64,000 nucleotides of DNA, taken from NCBI GenBank assembly GCA_000934665.2, contig JYFJ02001778.1:1-64000 (forward strand), given 5' to 3'. The DNA is from Catajapyx aquilonaris (lineage: Eukaryota). This document shows, piece after piece, positions 26,183 through 40,800 of this stretch. The notes beneath the pieces were generated by a model that worked only from the letters and a program-made list of their open reading frames with translations, did not search any database and had not been told where the DNA came from. Position numbers and translations under genes: made by a program. How positions within the stretch are numbered: the stretch's first letter is position 1; each line of letters opens with the position of its first letter.

Positions 26183-27407
26183 CAAGCATCGGGACCGGAC
26201 CAAGGGCCACATGAATAATGTTCATTTCTGCAGGTAAAGTTGTAGTTCATGGCGTTTGATGTGGTGGCCTGTAACTGTGAAACGGGTCCGTCCCGCAAGT
26301 GGCTCTACCTCCCCTTAATCCTTTAACTTGAATGCTCAATGCAGAGTAAACATGATGATGTAGGGGGAGAGGAAACGAGGCTATGGGTTTGCGGTGGGCC
26401 AGAGGGGCTTTCCTTTGTTGGGCCTCCTCCAAAACCTTTGTTCACAAAGTCTGAGGTCACAAAATATAGGAACATGTTGAGAGGCCCGCTCCTTTATTAA
26501 TGGTCTTGATCTTTGCAAGTTTCCTGAGGTGTGTGGAGATGCAGCGAATCATACATTAATTATTCCCATTACTGTCATTGCACATTGCGCGTATCCTTTT
26601 CCAAAATGTGGCCTTCTGCTGTGACACTCCAGCTCTTTGCATGAAAAGTGTCCAATCCCATTTGGGCTAATGGTCCTGTTGATATATTCCCCCACTGTGA
26701 CAAGTGTCGCTCGAGATGTTTTGAATAAATTTTTGGGGAGCACTTTGAGCACTGGGGGATTTTGAGCGACAAAACGGCCACTTGTGACTCTCTCGAGGCG
26801 CCCTGTTAAATCTACAGAGAGAGAGAGAGAAAAAAAACTGTCTCTGTGGAATGGAAGAGGGAAAAGACGACTCAATCCTGATTAACGATCATCATTCGCA
26901 GGAGAATCTATACAGGCTCTGCGGGGCAAGTAATTAGTTTCATAGAGGTTTGCTGGAGGTCCCGGTGGAGGCTTGGCACTGCAATTCGTTTAAAACTCTT
27001 TGATGAGTTCTTGGTTTAAAGCCATTAGCAAAGGTTTTTCTTCCATGCCTAGTGGCATTTACTTCATTTATGAAATTATAATCCTGTAGCTTGTAAGCTG
27101 GCACTTGGGCCATATCGAGGCTCGTTGCACTTGGGGCCGCAAATAGGAAAAGTTTCGTGTAATGATGTGGTAGCACTCGGAGCTAGTGCATTTATGAGGC
27201 AGCCTAATAAGAGGTAATAATAGATAATAGGGGTAATAGGAAGGCTTAGGGAGAGGCAAATCGCAGAGCGGGTTGGGATGCGGCAGGATAACGAGAAGGC
27301 AAAGTGGGCCAGATGACACGGAGACTGGAATAGTAGATTTCCCCTCGCCACCCCCCTTTTTGCATCCCTCATTCCGCCATAACCCTTCCTCTATTTTCCA
27401 GCATTCC

Positions 27408-27409
<2 letters not shown>

Positions 27410-27457
<48 letters not shown>
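27410..27457. repeat. (GA)n microsatellite
   Basis: Direct reading. Confidence 0.95.
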
Positions 27458-27458
<1 letters not shown>

Positions 27459-30400
27459 GCAGCTCTCATTACCTCTCTTCAGATCTTCCGGACAAAACCT
27501 TCACAGTCATCTCCTTATTGGCCTCCTTCATTATTTCATGCGCGCAATTTGTAAGGTAGAAACAAAAAGAGAGAGGACCAATAACCCGCTTTTCCATGAA
27601 TTGAGTCGCAAAATAATCGTGAAGATGCATCAAATTTTTCGCAATGTGAAACCATCGATATATCAGGCAGCACTCATTTTAAATGCAAATATTCGTCATT
27701 GGGCTGTAAACTTTGTTTATTTTTGCGTTTGATTCGTGGCACTCGATGCTCATCAAAGGCATATAATGCTGTTGGTCTGTTTTATATAGGAATAAAAGCA
27801 GCTTAACGTAAATTGTTCTATTTATGGATGATCGATTATTTTTTACTGTCCCCCGGGCACTTTTAGACAACAAAATATGCGGGTTTATATTAACAGTGTG
27901 TCCTACAATGTTGGTCGATCAATTGCGTATATAACATGCATAGGTTAAAACATGTGTGCATAAGATGAGAAAGTCGGCTCTTTGTTTTATTGACCATGAC
28001 TGTTATTTATTAACAGTGAACTTTCTGTCATTCATTCCGGTAAATAAAGGAAACTATTTTTGGAGTAGACTATATCATAATAGAATTTTTAAACGTTACA
28101 TGCCATTTACCTCATGGAGAGGAGGAAAAATGCTGAAATCCGCTGAAAGGTTTCATCATATATGCTCCAACATTGAACATTTTATTAAATAATTTATCAG
28201 ACAGTCCGTGCCCTATACATTAACACGGACGCTTGGTGCAAACATCACTCAATATAATTATCATGCCTTATTTGGCACGTGCCGGGCATTTGCATGGCAT
28301 ACATTCGGCCTCATAACTAAAACATTCCGTACGTGTACACTGTACAGTAATTGGCACGTGCACATATCGAAGCACCCAAAAAGTGACAAAAATACTGCAA
28401 TTTTCCCGAGCACCGCCATTTTTACAGCAAAATTAACATCCATGTCATATTGTTTATGCATGTACTTGCCGCATTTTTACATGCTTGTCAGATATGTTTT
28501 CCTGCCACTTTTTCTGCCAATTTTTTCCCTTGTAGTCTATAGTGGTGCAGCCAGGTCTTTTAAAAGCGAGATATAAACTCATCAAATCGACTGCGTGACA
28601 CTCTGTCAGCCTCAATTTGTCGTGTCAAAGTTCCTCCGAATAATATCCTCCTCTTTTCTTCCCAAACCACCCAGAAGAATGTCTCAGAGAAGTTGAAGGA
28701 CCCCTCGAATCACCTTATCTGGACCCGAATCCTCGCTTCCAACTTTCTCCTGAAACGTCGACTACCGAATGACAACCCCGACAGCTTGACAAACGACAAA
28801 ATCAGCGCATCAGTCATCTTCCCCCCTCCCCCCTCCCTCCTTTCTCCCCAAGGTATTTTCAAGTGGGTCAACTTGCCTCGCATTTGCCCCGCAATAAACG
28901 TCTGGCCCCCGGTTGAAGAGACTCTCTGGGTGTCCAGATTGACTAGGAGCGAACATGGAAGAACCTTTGTGCGCATGCCATGTCGCAATGTTGGCCCAGT
29001 ATCTGTCCCCGTGGCCAATTTTACGAGTCTGGCCCGCACCCAAATTGTCTAGGGGGGGATGGAGGTTTAAAAAAAGGAGAGATGGGGGAAATGGAAGTGG
29101 CTGGTGTGTCATGTGTATGTGGAACACACCCATCAGAGCTCCGAAAAGTGTGACATACACAGACTGTGATGGTGTAGCTTCATTCGCCAAAAAAAATATC
29201 AAGTTCTTTTTGCAGCTACCAAAAAATCGCGTGCTGGCTGCTCTGAGAGAATCAAAATTTCATGTCACTGGTGCGCCATGAAATCTCGCGGCGTTTGTAG
29301 AATCTGCGAACAATCAGGAACACACCCCCGTTTCTATATTGCCCCAGCTTTTCAAGGAATGGCCTGCACGCCAATTTCCACTTGTGGATTGACTCTATGT
29401 GATCATCCGGCTTTTAAAAGCGCCCATTTTGTACCAAATGACTGCTGCTATGCTCACGCCGATATGTGATCGCAAAAATATTGCTCTATTCAGCCGCCTG
29501 CAGCTAGTTGCCGAATAGCAGTTTAAAAAAATATTTTAGCGACTAATGCGCCAGTTCAAAGTGCGTGTGACTGAATCACTCACAAAAAAAAATGTTTGGA
29601 TAAACCAGACTTGATTGAAGATTGTTGTCGCCTTTATCTCCATTGGTTTTGCTGCAGGGCTGTGATCGATAGCTAGGCCGAGTAGAGAAGGGGTGGGTTG
29701 GGAGGGTTGGGTATTTACGGGCCATCACCGGAGAATTGGGAGGAGCTTGCCTTGGCTCTTCCACAACATTAAATGTAATGGTCCTTGTAAACGCCGCCTT
29801 GGCGTCCTTCTGGACCCTTCACCTCGCAGATACAAGCTTTCTCTTTTTATCCTCCGTCGATGCTCTTCCCCTCCGAGTCTCCACACTTTCTTGGAGAAAC
29901 TACTATCATCCTTTATTTCACGCTTTTTTTTCTCTTCAAAGAAGAAAAAAAGAGTGCTCAGATGGACCCCCCTTTTTCTCTTCAAAACTTTTGAAGGACA
30001 CCTTTCTTTTTGAGCCAAATGGGTTTAGCCTGTGCTAATGCATTCGTAACTGCAACAAAAGTTGCATGTATTATAATATTCTGGGGAAAAGTGCGCCATC
30101 AAGCAGTTGATGGAAAAGAAAACAACCTTGACGGTTTACTTGCAGAAAGTTTTGTTGTTACTAACTTGGAATATGACCGGACAATATAAGGGTTATGGAT
30201 GGTACTTCGCCTGAACACATTATGCTATTCAACCTGTGGCCTTACATGGCTGCCAAAAATTGAAACACAAATGGTAACTTTCACTACAAAATTATCACTA
30301 AACGTGCTTCAGTGTTTATTACTACTATTAAATAGGGTTTCTTTCAGGTTTGTACAGTACTCTAGTTTGGCAAATAATGCCCGATTTTAAAATACATAAT

Positions 30401-33400
30401 TATGTGCATTCCAATTTTACGGTCGGCAAATCAATAAGAATTGCACCATTCGCAAGGAAATCAAAGATTCAATTGCGCATTCCTGCCAAACAAGTATACG
30501 TAAACAGGCAACTTGTTTGCACCCTAATTATTCATTGCATTTGCCGAGGCAGAGTGACAACATTCTAAAACTTTCATTTTGTTTACGTCTTGCAAACATG
30601 TACCAGTGACACAAAATACAGGTTATTTTGGCATGTTCAGTGCTTATTGCATATAGCTGGAGCATTTACACTCAAAAAGCACGAATATCCGAACAATTTT
30701 TGCAACATTTGGCTGAAAATAGTTTTTCCAGAAAAATTTGGCCACTAAATTTATTGGAACATGTTACATCTTGGATTGTCTCTAAACTTTATGTACTGCA
30801 CTCTAGTGCAAATGTCCATATTTTTAATGATGTTTTTTTAAAAGTACAGTATTTTTAAACCGCTGATAACTGGGCTAGAGTCGCCACACTATATCCGCAG
30901 TTCAGTGTCAGTTTCTCTGCATGAATGTAATTTCTTAGCAGAGTTCTCAAAGTTTGGCTCTTCCGGACCGGGCTGAGAGCCGAATTTATTTTTTATAAAC
31001 AAGTTATTGCCATCATGGACGTTGCCAGCGCTTCTGCCTTGCACTTGCAAAAAGGTGCGAGTCGGGGGGTTAGCTCCATACATTTATGCAACAAAAAAGG
31101 CGATGGTTGAGGCCCCGATAATGTCCTCATTAATATGAAGCAAGTGCAACAACATACTTCCGCAGCGCAAAAGCATTCATATTGCTTTCGCTTCCATTAT
31201 TATACATGCAAATGATACCCTTGTAAGTTGGAAACTTTTGAGAATATATCGATTCTCTCAGGATGCTTCAGAATGCATAATCCTAACAGCGTGTTCTGCA
31301 GTAATCCTAACATCGAAATGCTGTTAAACCCATTAAAGAGCCCAATGTTATACTTTCCTCGGTCCAGCTTCCAAATGACATGAAAACATTTTTTTTAGGT
31401 CCGCATCCACTATAAAACAGTGGTTTGAACCTCACAGGTGATGGGGAGGAAGCGGCAAAGTGAGAGACAAAAATAGACGGGACAGAAGCCTTCCCCCAAA
31501 TCAATTGCGGGCTAACACAATGCAAATGCGAGTGGTTGTCCCTGGTAATGCCCCTGACGTTCTCGTTTAATCCGCACTCTGATGGAAAAGGGACAGGTCC
31601 CCAACGCTGCTTTTCGACACTAACGGATTTACTTGTGCGCCTTCCACCAGCACCTACATTTATTTTCTCCTCTAGCACTGCAAATGGCAACGACCGCTTC
31701 TATTTTTTTTTCAAACTTCCTCATTTTTTTTCGGCGCATGTCAACTATGCCCACATCCTCCTCCCAAATGCAAATTGATGTCCGCATTACGAGTTGGCAG
31801 CTCCCAAAAAAATGTGCCTGCAGCTTCCAGCCAACCGGATCTTCTTGTTGGAGAGAGAGGGTTAATTCCCACATATTGGAACGCACATACACACAGAGTT
31901 TTACCCCGTGTTCAAAGCCACCTGTCTTCTCTTTGCACTGAAATTAGTCCAGTAGGGTGTTGCAGCCAGGGGGTTGGAAACAACCTGTCTGCTCTATTTG
32001 CCCAAAAGTGCGACTGAACTTGCGAATTTTTCCGACAGTTTAGCGCGAGTGTTGTGTTGCCCAGGACATTCGGCTCTGGAATGGCGGAAGCACGGTGCGC
32101 CGCACTCTGGAAATCTCTCTGCTGTGCACTGTCCAGCTGAATTTTGCAAAAAAAAAAACCCTATGCCTGGTCCTTTAGGATGCTGGCGAGCCAAAGCACT
32201 CGGCCGGTTACTTTTCAATTTACTGATCTTTCTAAGCTTGTGAGCTTCAAATGAAATTTTGTAATGGATTCTCGATGATGCTACACATACGTGGTAAGCC
32301 AAAAACATGCAAAAGCCAAAATTTTACGTACTGAAAAACTCGCTATAATGACTCATACTAATCCACGTGATTAGGCCGCAATAATGAGTGAAAAAATTGA
32401 AGGGGCCGACCAGATATCCGGTGGAAAATGACCCATCCAAATCTGACGAGTTAAGACACAGGGGAGGAATTTTTTGCTTAGAATTATACACCCCGCAAAA
32501 TCCTGGGGCCCTCTCGCATTTAAAATTCCGGAAATAAAATGAGCCGCCGCCCCATTTCACAATTTGTCTCTAATCTGTTCCTCAATAATTGGAAATTTAC
32601 ATAATGTGCAAGTTAGCCGCGAGAGCCCTCAAAATGTGGGGTGGGGGAGGGTAACCTAGGCTATTCAACATGTGCTTGGAAGCGTCGGTTGGAAAGGACA
32701 CCGGGCATGATGAGTTGAATCAGATTCCCAAATGATCACGGTGGGTTGGGTCAAATCGAACGTGGCTGTGCCCTGCATATCTCTCCAAATCGGCGTCCCC
32801 ATACAAACGCGATTAAACAGAAGCTTCAGCGGGCTCTACTGCAATGGGTTACGCAATTTGCATGTCCAGCATTGTGTATCGCCTTTTTTTACCTATTTTT
32901 TATTAAAGCATTGCATCGAATTGTATGATTTCACGGAATTTGGCTGAACATTAATATGGAAATGAGTAGTCCCCGCCTCTTTTCATCACTTCTCTGGTCA
33001 AGGGAATTGGAGGCCGTAATTATCCAGAGCAAACAAAAGGGCATCCCCCAGAGAGCATCCTCCGGCTCTATATCTCTTTCTAAACACACCCCAGCAATGT
33101 GTGTGTGGCCGGGTGAGATCCAAATTACTGGACAATAATAAGACTAGGCCGCATCGATGATAATGAGTTAATCAGGGTGGACGATTTTTGTTCGGAGCCA
33201 GGGTTTGACCGAGCGGAAAGTGTTGTAAATGGCACTCCCCCCCAGTATCTCTGGGACTCGGGCGTTTTCCAACAGCAAGGATTTTGGTGGGGATTTGCGG
33301 GCTGTCTCTGCCAGACCCGGGGTCAGAAAAGACCGCGACTGACCTGACGTGCCAAATAAGGTCGAGGATTTGGGCTCGGAACAAGGCCGGTGTCTTTTGT

Positions 33401-33902
33401 CCACCAAAAGTCGAGTTTCCCTCTAACTTTCTGGTGGTCCTGGACAATGGATGTTTGTTTGCTTGGACGTGAGCATCTCTCCTATTCACTGAAATTGTGG
33501 TTCATTGTATGCTCCACTGCTGACGTTTGCTCTTTGCCCGCACCTGGATATGATGTAATGTCAACATCAGGGGAGGGTGGGTTGATCCCGAGGCGATTAA
33601 ACAAATAAAAATGAAGTGGCCCCCGATGGAAAATGCGACTCTATTATGCCATAAATCCGAAATGCAGCCTGCACTTAAACTGGGACATAACCATTCCGTG
33701 GTTGCATGTGGCGGTCTCAAATCCGTATTGATTTGAGACCTTGGCAGCAAAAACGACACTTTTCTTTGCGGTTGGATGGAATGAAGCAAAAATAAAGCTA
33801 TAGTGTAAGAAACTTCAAAAAAGATGTATAGTGGAAGTGGAAGAATATGGCAAAAAAAACCTTACCCTGAGTGCCAATAATTAAGATTGATGACTTGAAC
33901 AT

Positions 33903-34087
33903 GGCTCGTTAATATTCAGGTGCACACTTTGACCCTCCGTTGGCTTTTTGGTCGAACATGGTGTCGTTTACAGGTCGCGTATCACATTAAGTTTGGTGCA
34001 CCTGACGAGCTGCGAGTCAGCGCCGTTTAGCCCCCCATTTTACTCCGTTTAATCCCTCCATAATGCTTGGTCAAGTATTAACGAGCC
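33903..34087. mobile_element. Possible MITE with 12-bp terminal inverted repeats and a nested inverted repeat
   Basis: Outer pair GGCTCGTTAATA (33903-33914) and TATTAACGAGCC (34076-34087). Inner pair TCAGGTGCAC (33916-33925) and GTGCACCTGA (33996-34005). No clear target-site duplication. Confidence 0.4.
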
Positions 34088-37000
34088 TGGTAATCTTCGG
34101 TGCTACCACCGGACGATAACTCCACTTTGTGACGGCCCCAGTTTGTTGCGTGAATGGCAGCTTGGAAAATCACCCCGATCACGAATGAGTCCCAATTGAC
34201 TCGTCCGACTCCGCAGACTAGATAATTCTTCCCCATTTGAAGCCCCCAAATGCTTTCTTGGCACGCGTACTATCCCATGAGAAAATACGAGAGGCATCCA
34301 GCTATATTTTTTAAAAGGCGTGTAACTAAGATGCAGCAGAAAAAAAACCGACCAATTTCTTTGGCTCAAACCGCAGCTGGTTTTACAGACAGATACTGGA
34401 GGTTGTATCGAACCAATCCTTATCATTCCTTCCCCTTGGGGGGACTAAATGAAGAGAAAGGGTCGGAAGTCTGTTGTGCAGTTTAATAACCTTGAACTGA
34501 CGTATATCTATCTGGCAGTCAATGCTGGGAGGAGATGACGATGGAAACCGGTGATTTTCTTGCGGCAGACATTGTCGGTACAGATAAGGGATGAACTACT
34601 TTTGTTATCTGCCGTCCAGGTTTCCTTCGAATAATGAAGTATTGTCATGCAGTGAGGTGCACCCAACACTGAAACGCCCTAAAAGTTATTTCAAACAGCA
34701 GCAGATTTTAGTAGCTACCAATACAGCTAATCAAGCTTGCTTCTTGTTTGATTCCTGGTTCGTCTTTTCCCGCATCATTAGTCTCTGCAGCCGCAAATTA
34801 TCTCCCCGAGAAAACCGCTTCTGCAATCGCTGGGCGCAAGATCGAGTAATCAACAAGGTTTACCCCCGGAACAATACGCAACTCTGGTGCTCACAATGGA
34901 GTATGAAGAAGCAATCGCTTAATTAGCACCTAGTAAGCTCCGAGGCGCGTTAATATTCCGGATGCTCCTCATTTCAAGGCAGGTAAAAGCAAGTACGTGA
35001 GCGGGGGAAAATCTTTGGCAACAAAAGGACGACCCGAAGGCGCTCGTTTTGTTGCAGCACCGACTTGCATCGAAGCCTCTATCCCCCTTTTCCCATGCAA
35101 TTTGGGCCTCTCGCAAGAGAGAAAAGCTGGTATTATCTCTCCCTAAAAGCCATAAACGCAAATGAACCTTGGAGGGTTGGGAGGGGGTTTGCTAACGACA
35201 CAATACCTTCGCATGATTTGCATGCACTCTGGTTTTCGTGTGCGACTTAAGGGGCGGCCCTCATGCGCGTTGGGGGCTTTACTTGTCTTTATCTCGACCC
35301 CCAATGTTTTCTAAGGACACAGCCCAGTGTTCCTTTACAGCCTCAGACCGGTCCTTTAGAATCTTCATTTTCTCTTCCCAGGCATTTACACACACGCAGA
35401 GTGCTTATTGCTGTTTGCCCATCTGCAAATATTTCCGAGCTCCGGAAGTTACGTTTTTGGTTAACGACTTTATACTGTACCGGTATTTATCGAGTGTCCT
35501 GCTGCAAATATTGTAGCTGAAGATAACTGCAGCCCGGTTTTATTAACGAGTTCTCGCATTATTACAGGGACCGGGCGCTTACTCGAGCGAGACGTTTACG
35601 GCTGAGAAGTACAAAGTTGATTAATGCTACAGTTTGTCCCGCCAAGTTAGCGGCTTCTCGGATATAGCACGGAGCGTTGGCTAATCAAGTCAGACGACAT
35701 CTGAGACATCATCAGAATCGGTTGACACTTTTCGAACTTTGCGCATCGTAACAGTTTGCTCCACGATAATTATTCACTTATATTGTGACAAGTAGGCCAA
35801 GTGAGCACAATTTTCATCCCGTGAGGTATGCTTTTCGTTAGTCACGGGTGCGGTTGCATACATGTCAGGGTAACACTCAACAGGCTCAAACTTCCAGTGC
35901 AATCTTGGTGTGACAGCCATGCAAAGTTTCGGTCTCTAACATATCAGAGCCATGCAACCACAGCCTGAGACCACACAATTTTCGGCCGCATCATCATCTC
36001 CTGAGAGAATCATGACGACGATCCGAGTGAGACGAATTTCCCCACCGCTCTAATTGGGGTGGGTGCCAAATGATTGCGCAATTAGAAGCGCTTGCAGCAC
36101 CTAGTCGCGCGCATTAGCCGAGAAAAGCCGCACGCAGCAGGTGCTGGGCAAGCAGAAAGCGTTAAATGTAATTTAATTGCGTCTTTCTCCTCCATGTTTT
36201 TGGCCAGCGATGCAATTCCTTTTGCTGCAAGCTAATAGACGCCGCACGCCATTTAACTTGAGATGCAAGTTCTCTGAGAATGGCTCGGGGCCAAGTTCTT
36301 GCTTCCTGTATTTGCGTGAGTGGAGCTACTATAAGACGCCTCCTTCTACCCCAAGCAGGAAAGGATATCCTCAGCGCAGGGCGGAACTGCGTGGAAATCT
36401 CATCAAGGATAAGGCAAACAGGAAGACTGGGAAAGGGGTTTGCTACCGACCTTTGCCAGGAGAGTCTCGCAGGATTCACTAGCCAGAATTAAATGGTTGC
36501 TTTGAAAGGGACTGCGAGCCATATTCTTATGTTGGGCCCTCTCTTCAGTCAGTACGGCGATAAAGTTTGCAAAAAGTGTTATTAACGCCCTCGCGGAGTT
36601 TGGGTCGATGGTGAGAGCTTCACGCCGAGAATGCTTTCCGGGGGAAAAAAATTCAGCGAGAAGGCACTCTACGCCTCGTTTTATCTGCGAAATTAGATTT
36701 TTCGGCCTTAGGACAGTTCACTTCCATACGTAATTTTTTGTGGAGATATTTCACACGCGCGCACTGAACAAACATAAATCATTTTAATATGCCATTATAC
36801 TGTATAACAATTAGTACTCTACAATATGATTTATAGAATGTTGATGGTTGCATGTCCAGACATATTTTGCTATATTTTCACTCACATAGTGCGTACGATT
36901 TTGGCCCATACACTTCCAGAAATGTAACTTACGCTGATCATCCTTACTGATCAGCTATTATTCAGTATAACAATTTCGCCAACCGCTACTGGCATTATTG

Positions 37001-37760
37001 GCTTTGAGTACAGGTTGCGTCCTGGAAGGCGTCATTATCCACGCAGGATTCGATTTTAAAAGGCGGTCTAGGGAGTCTTATGAAAAACTTTGGTGGTGCT
37101 CCAGCCTTCCTATTAACCCAAGTACTCCCTCTCGGTTCTCTGTTTTTTTTATATACTTATACCCCTCCCCTTTTCCCCTCCCCGCAACTATCCAACTTTA
37201 TGGTTAATCCATGGCAAGTCTGTTCCTAGCCGCGAGACTTCCTTTTGCAAGCTAATGAAATAGGCCACAACGGCCATACTTCCCGGGGAGTTGGGCCAGC
37301 CTCTTCCTTAGCAGAGCAATCCTTTGGGGGAATGTGTTTTTGGTGTATACTCCAGTCCTCCAGGCATCCTGTGTGCATCAGCAGGAAAAGCCAGCAAAAA
37401 AAAAGTGGTGTGGAGGAATTTGCCAAAAAAAAAACTGAGTCGGAGATTGCCGAGCGTCTCTCATAAGCATCATGCAGGCAACTTTTCTCAGTAAAACCAT
37501 CCCTCTTTTTTAACCCCCCCCCTCCCCTCCTCCCCACGTTGCAAGTGGGTCTCATCTGGCGAAAGTCGCCTGCAGCGTCGAATCAAAATGGAAAAGACGC
37601 AAACTTCCCCTTTTCTCGTAGAATCAGGCCTCAAACGCCGGGGCGAAAAGGCTTGAGCAAACTTGAATCTCGCTCAATTATACGCCGCCTCCTTAACGAA
37701 GAGAAGCAGCAACTCGGCGAATGTACCGTAATGACAGCCTTCCCTCCGTCAGTTCTGATC

Positions 37761-37772
37761 GAGGGAGAGAGA

Positions 37773-37803
<31 letters not shown>
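37761..37803. repeat. (GA)n microsatellite, imperfect
   Basis: Direct reading. Confidence 0.95.
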
Positions 37804-37810
<7 letters not shown>

Positions 37811-40800
37811 CACTACCCCCATCCCCCTCATTAAATTTATCTGGCTTTGTGCCTTCAGTAAACCTCGACTGGCAACAAGACACTTTGCCAACCCTTCTCC
37901 CACCCAAGAAAGCACTCTCTGCCACACTCATCTTTAAGCAGCGTCTAAGATGTGACGATATAATCTGACTCGGATGACGGAGACCCTAATTGGAAAGTTG
38001 CGACACCCAAGGGCATTCAGAGCAGATTGAATGGAGAGCACAGATGGTGTCACATAAGGTCAAAAAAATGTTCGGGAAGAAATATGAAACCATAAGCACT
38101 CCGGCATTGGGGAAATTGCTGCAGTATGATTTTTATTAGCGGCTAATGACATCATTGCTCAAATTGTATATACTGTATAAGTCTTTAACTGTATGCAGAC
38201 CTCGCAGCATTGAGTATTGTTCAAAAGCATTGCACAATAAATAGTAATTGCAATGTTAACTCATTTATAAGCCAGTGGCCCCCGTGCAAGTGGCTCATAA
38301 ATCGGCCTTGTAATTGTTGAATACAATTTGTAAATGTATATAAATGCCCGTAATCAGTCATAATGCCAGAACAAAACGTGTCAATAAATGGCGCATCCAG
38401 ATTATCCTCTCCGGCATTCGGCAGAGGATGAATTAATATTGGTATATTGTAACTGCTAATATTATATTACAAGCAATGGGATTTTGCTGAATGGGAGAAC
38501 GGATAAGCCATCATTTATTACCCAGTTAATTTAGGGCAAGTGTTTTGTAGCAGATAAAAATTCCGAGAGCATTTTCACGCCGACCAAAAAAGCGTTTACT
38601 TTAACTCTTACAGAAACTGTAACTGCTGCCCATTTTCGTCTCTCTTTCTCTTTCCCCACAGCAGGCTAATTACAGGAAGGGCGAAGGCTTGCAAGTGCAC
38701 TATCCGTTTCCCTGCCGCAAGTTGTTTACTATATGCTGCAGCTAATAGGTCCTAAGGATTGAGGTTTATGTGCAGGAGGCACTAATTAGTTCCCCGCACT
38801 GGTGCGGCTTGAAGCAATGCCATCGCAAAAATCGAATGTGCTGATTTGCAGGCACAAGTCTGGTGATGAAGCACAAAGCAGTCCAGGCACATCTCCTGCT
38901 GGCTGGGGAAACCTCCAAGGGTAATGAACGACGCATATAAAGGGCATCAAAAAACAAAACACAATTGTTGAACATTTTGGTCAATTTGTCCACTGGCGAC
39001 TGTCCTATCTCATCTCTTGTACATCTGTACTTGGCACTCATGATGCGGGCTGAATATTCGGAACATGCTTCACTCTCTGGAGACTTTTCGTTTTTTTTTT
39101 TTCAGATGATCACATTGTTTGGCCGCAACAAAGTTGTACCAGAATGAAGGCTACAGCGGTAATGTAGAGTGCATGCATTGTCCATGTCCGTTTGTCGCAA
39201 TGAAAGTGGGTGAAGAGGGAATACATTTCACGCCCAATCTCATGAATTTCCAGCCTTTAAAAAAAACAGAGTGCATCAGAGTCACAATGGTGGTCAGCCA
39301 TAACCAGGCGGAACTATTGCGTCGAGTTTCAAATTCCGGGTACGCATACTGTACTGTACACCATTGCAATACGAAGCAGTCCATGTTTAAAAATGCATAC
39401 CAATTGAGGTTGGGGAAAACAAAAACCCTCCCTTTTATGCCTCATGTGCATGTTCAAACAACTGTCGCAAATAAATTTCAACTAAAAAATTAATGTTATG
39501 TCAACTGTCACTGCTACTAAACTTATAGCAATAGCTGTGTCGCTGCGAAATTCTGCAATAACAGCGACGGATAGCTGCAAAGTTTCCCTATACTGATGGC
39601 CATTAGTTTTTGTCTCATTCATTGCGATATACTTTTCTTCTCATTCCAATTTTTTTCCTTTCCTTCTCTCTCATATTGAATAGACGCCACTGTTCCGCCT
39701 CCAGTGTTCTTCAGGAAGGAAATCCTATCAAATCCGGACTAATGCAGCTTTACCAGATGCCATCAGTGTGTATAGTCTGGAGCGCACCCCCTCCCTTTTC
39801 CTGGAGCCTAATTTAGCGGCATTCTTTAAATACAACGTCGAAAAGTCTGCGCTAATTGAATCGTTTCCGAAGGAGAGTCTTCGCATTACCTGTTTTCGCT
39901 CTTCTCAATGCCAGCTTGGAATTGGTTCCTTTGCCGGGAGATTTGGCCCGGGTATAAAGTGGATGTCTCTCAGGAAACTCAGCTCTTCCTTCTGTCTCGC
40001 TACGGGCCCCCCCTTCCTTTTATAGGGCCAGCCTAAGCCGCCTTTCCAGTAGCAGCAGAAACTTCTCAATTAATACTTGCCTGCTTAGAGAGTCCCCCGC
40101 CGGCCGGCGAAAAGATCAGCTTCTTGTAAGAGTCTCTGAAGCTGCCTCCTAGCAACATTCTGATGAGCATCATGCTTTTGAGCTTGATAAATAATCAACT
40201 CTTTATTTCTCCCGGACCGCTGCTGGCCCAAGGCTCGTCAGGACACTGGCATCAATTATGCGTGACATATCTTTGGTTGCAAGCAATGCTCGCGCAGATC
40301 ACAAGCTGTCAGCGAAACATCCTGATATTTGTCCCCGGGGCGAAATTGCTTTCGCTCTTCGGATTACCTTTGGTGCTTTGGGCCCACGGTCGGCATACTG
40401 ATAAGATTTGAAGAGAGCCCAAAGGACGGCGGAGGAAGGCAAACAACTTCTCATTTCAATGTCATGAATAGGTAAGACGAAAGCCAGGAGTTAGAAAAAG
40501 GGGTGGAGATGAAACGTCATAATTACACAAGCCATCCGGATGCATGAGTTGCGACGTAATGAACTGAAAGTAAGAGCAAAGTCTGCATCTCAGGTCCCTA
40601 CTGCTGTGATATTTGGCATGACCATGGTCAGGTCAAGGTTAGAGAATTCTTTCTAAGGGATGAACTACTTTCCAAGAATCTGTGGCATCTCGATCAGGGC
40701 AGAGCTGCAAACCGCAGAGCGCAGATTCTCCCTTCAGTATATATCAGGTGCAATTGGCATTCTTGGCTCTCTTTTTGGCAGGCATTTCAATCCAGCCTTG

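Noticed and set aside
38630..38745. Strong pyrimidine tract ending CCACAG/CAG, resembling a splice acceptor
   Set aside because: No consensus donor or recognisable peptide follows, and such tracts are common in this sequence.
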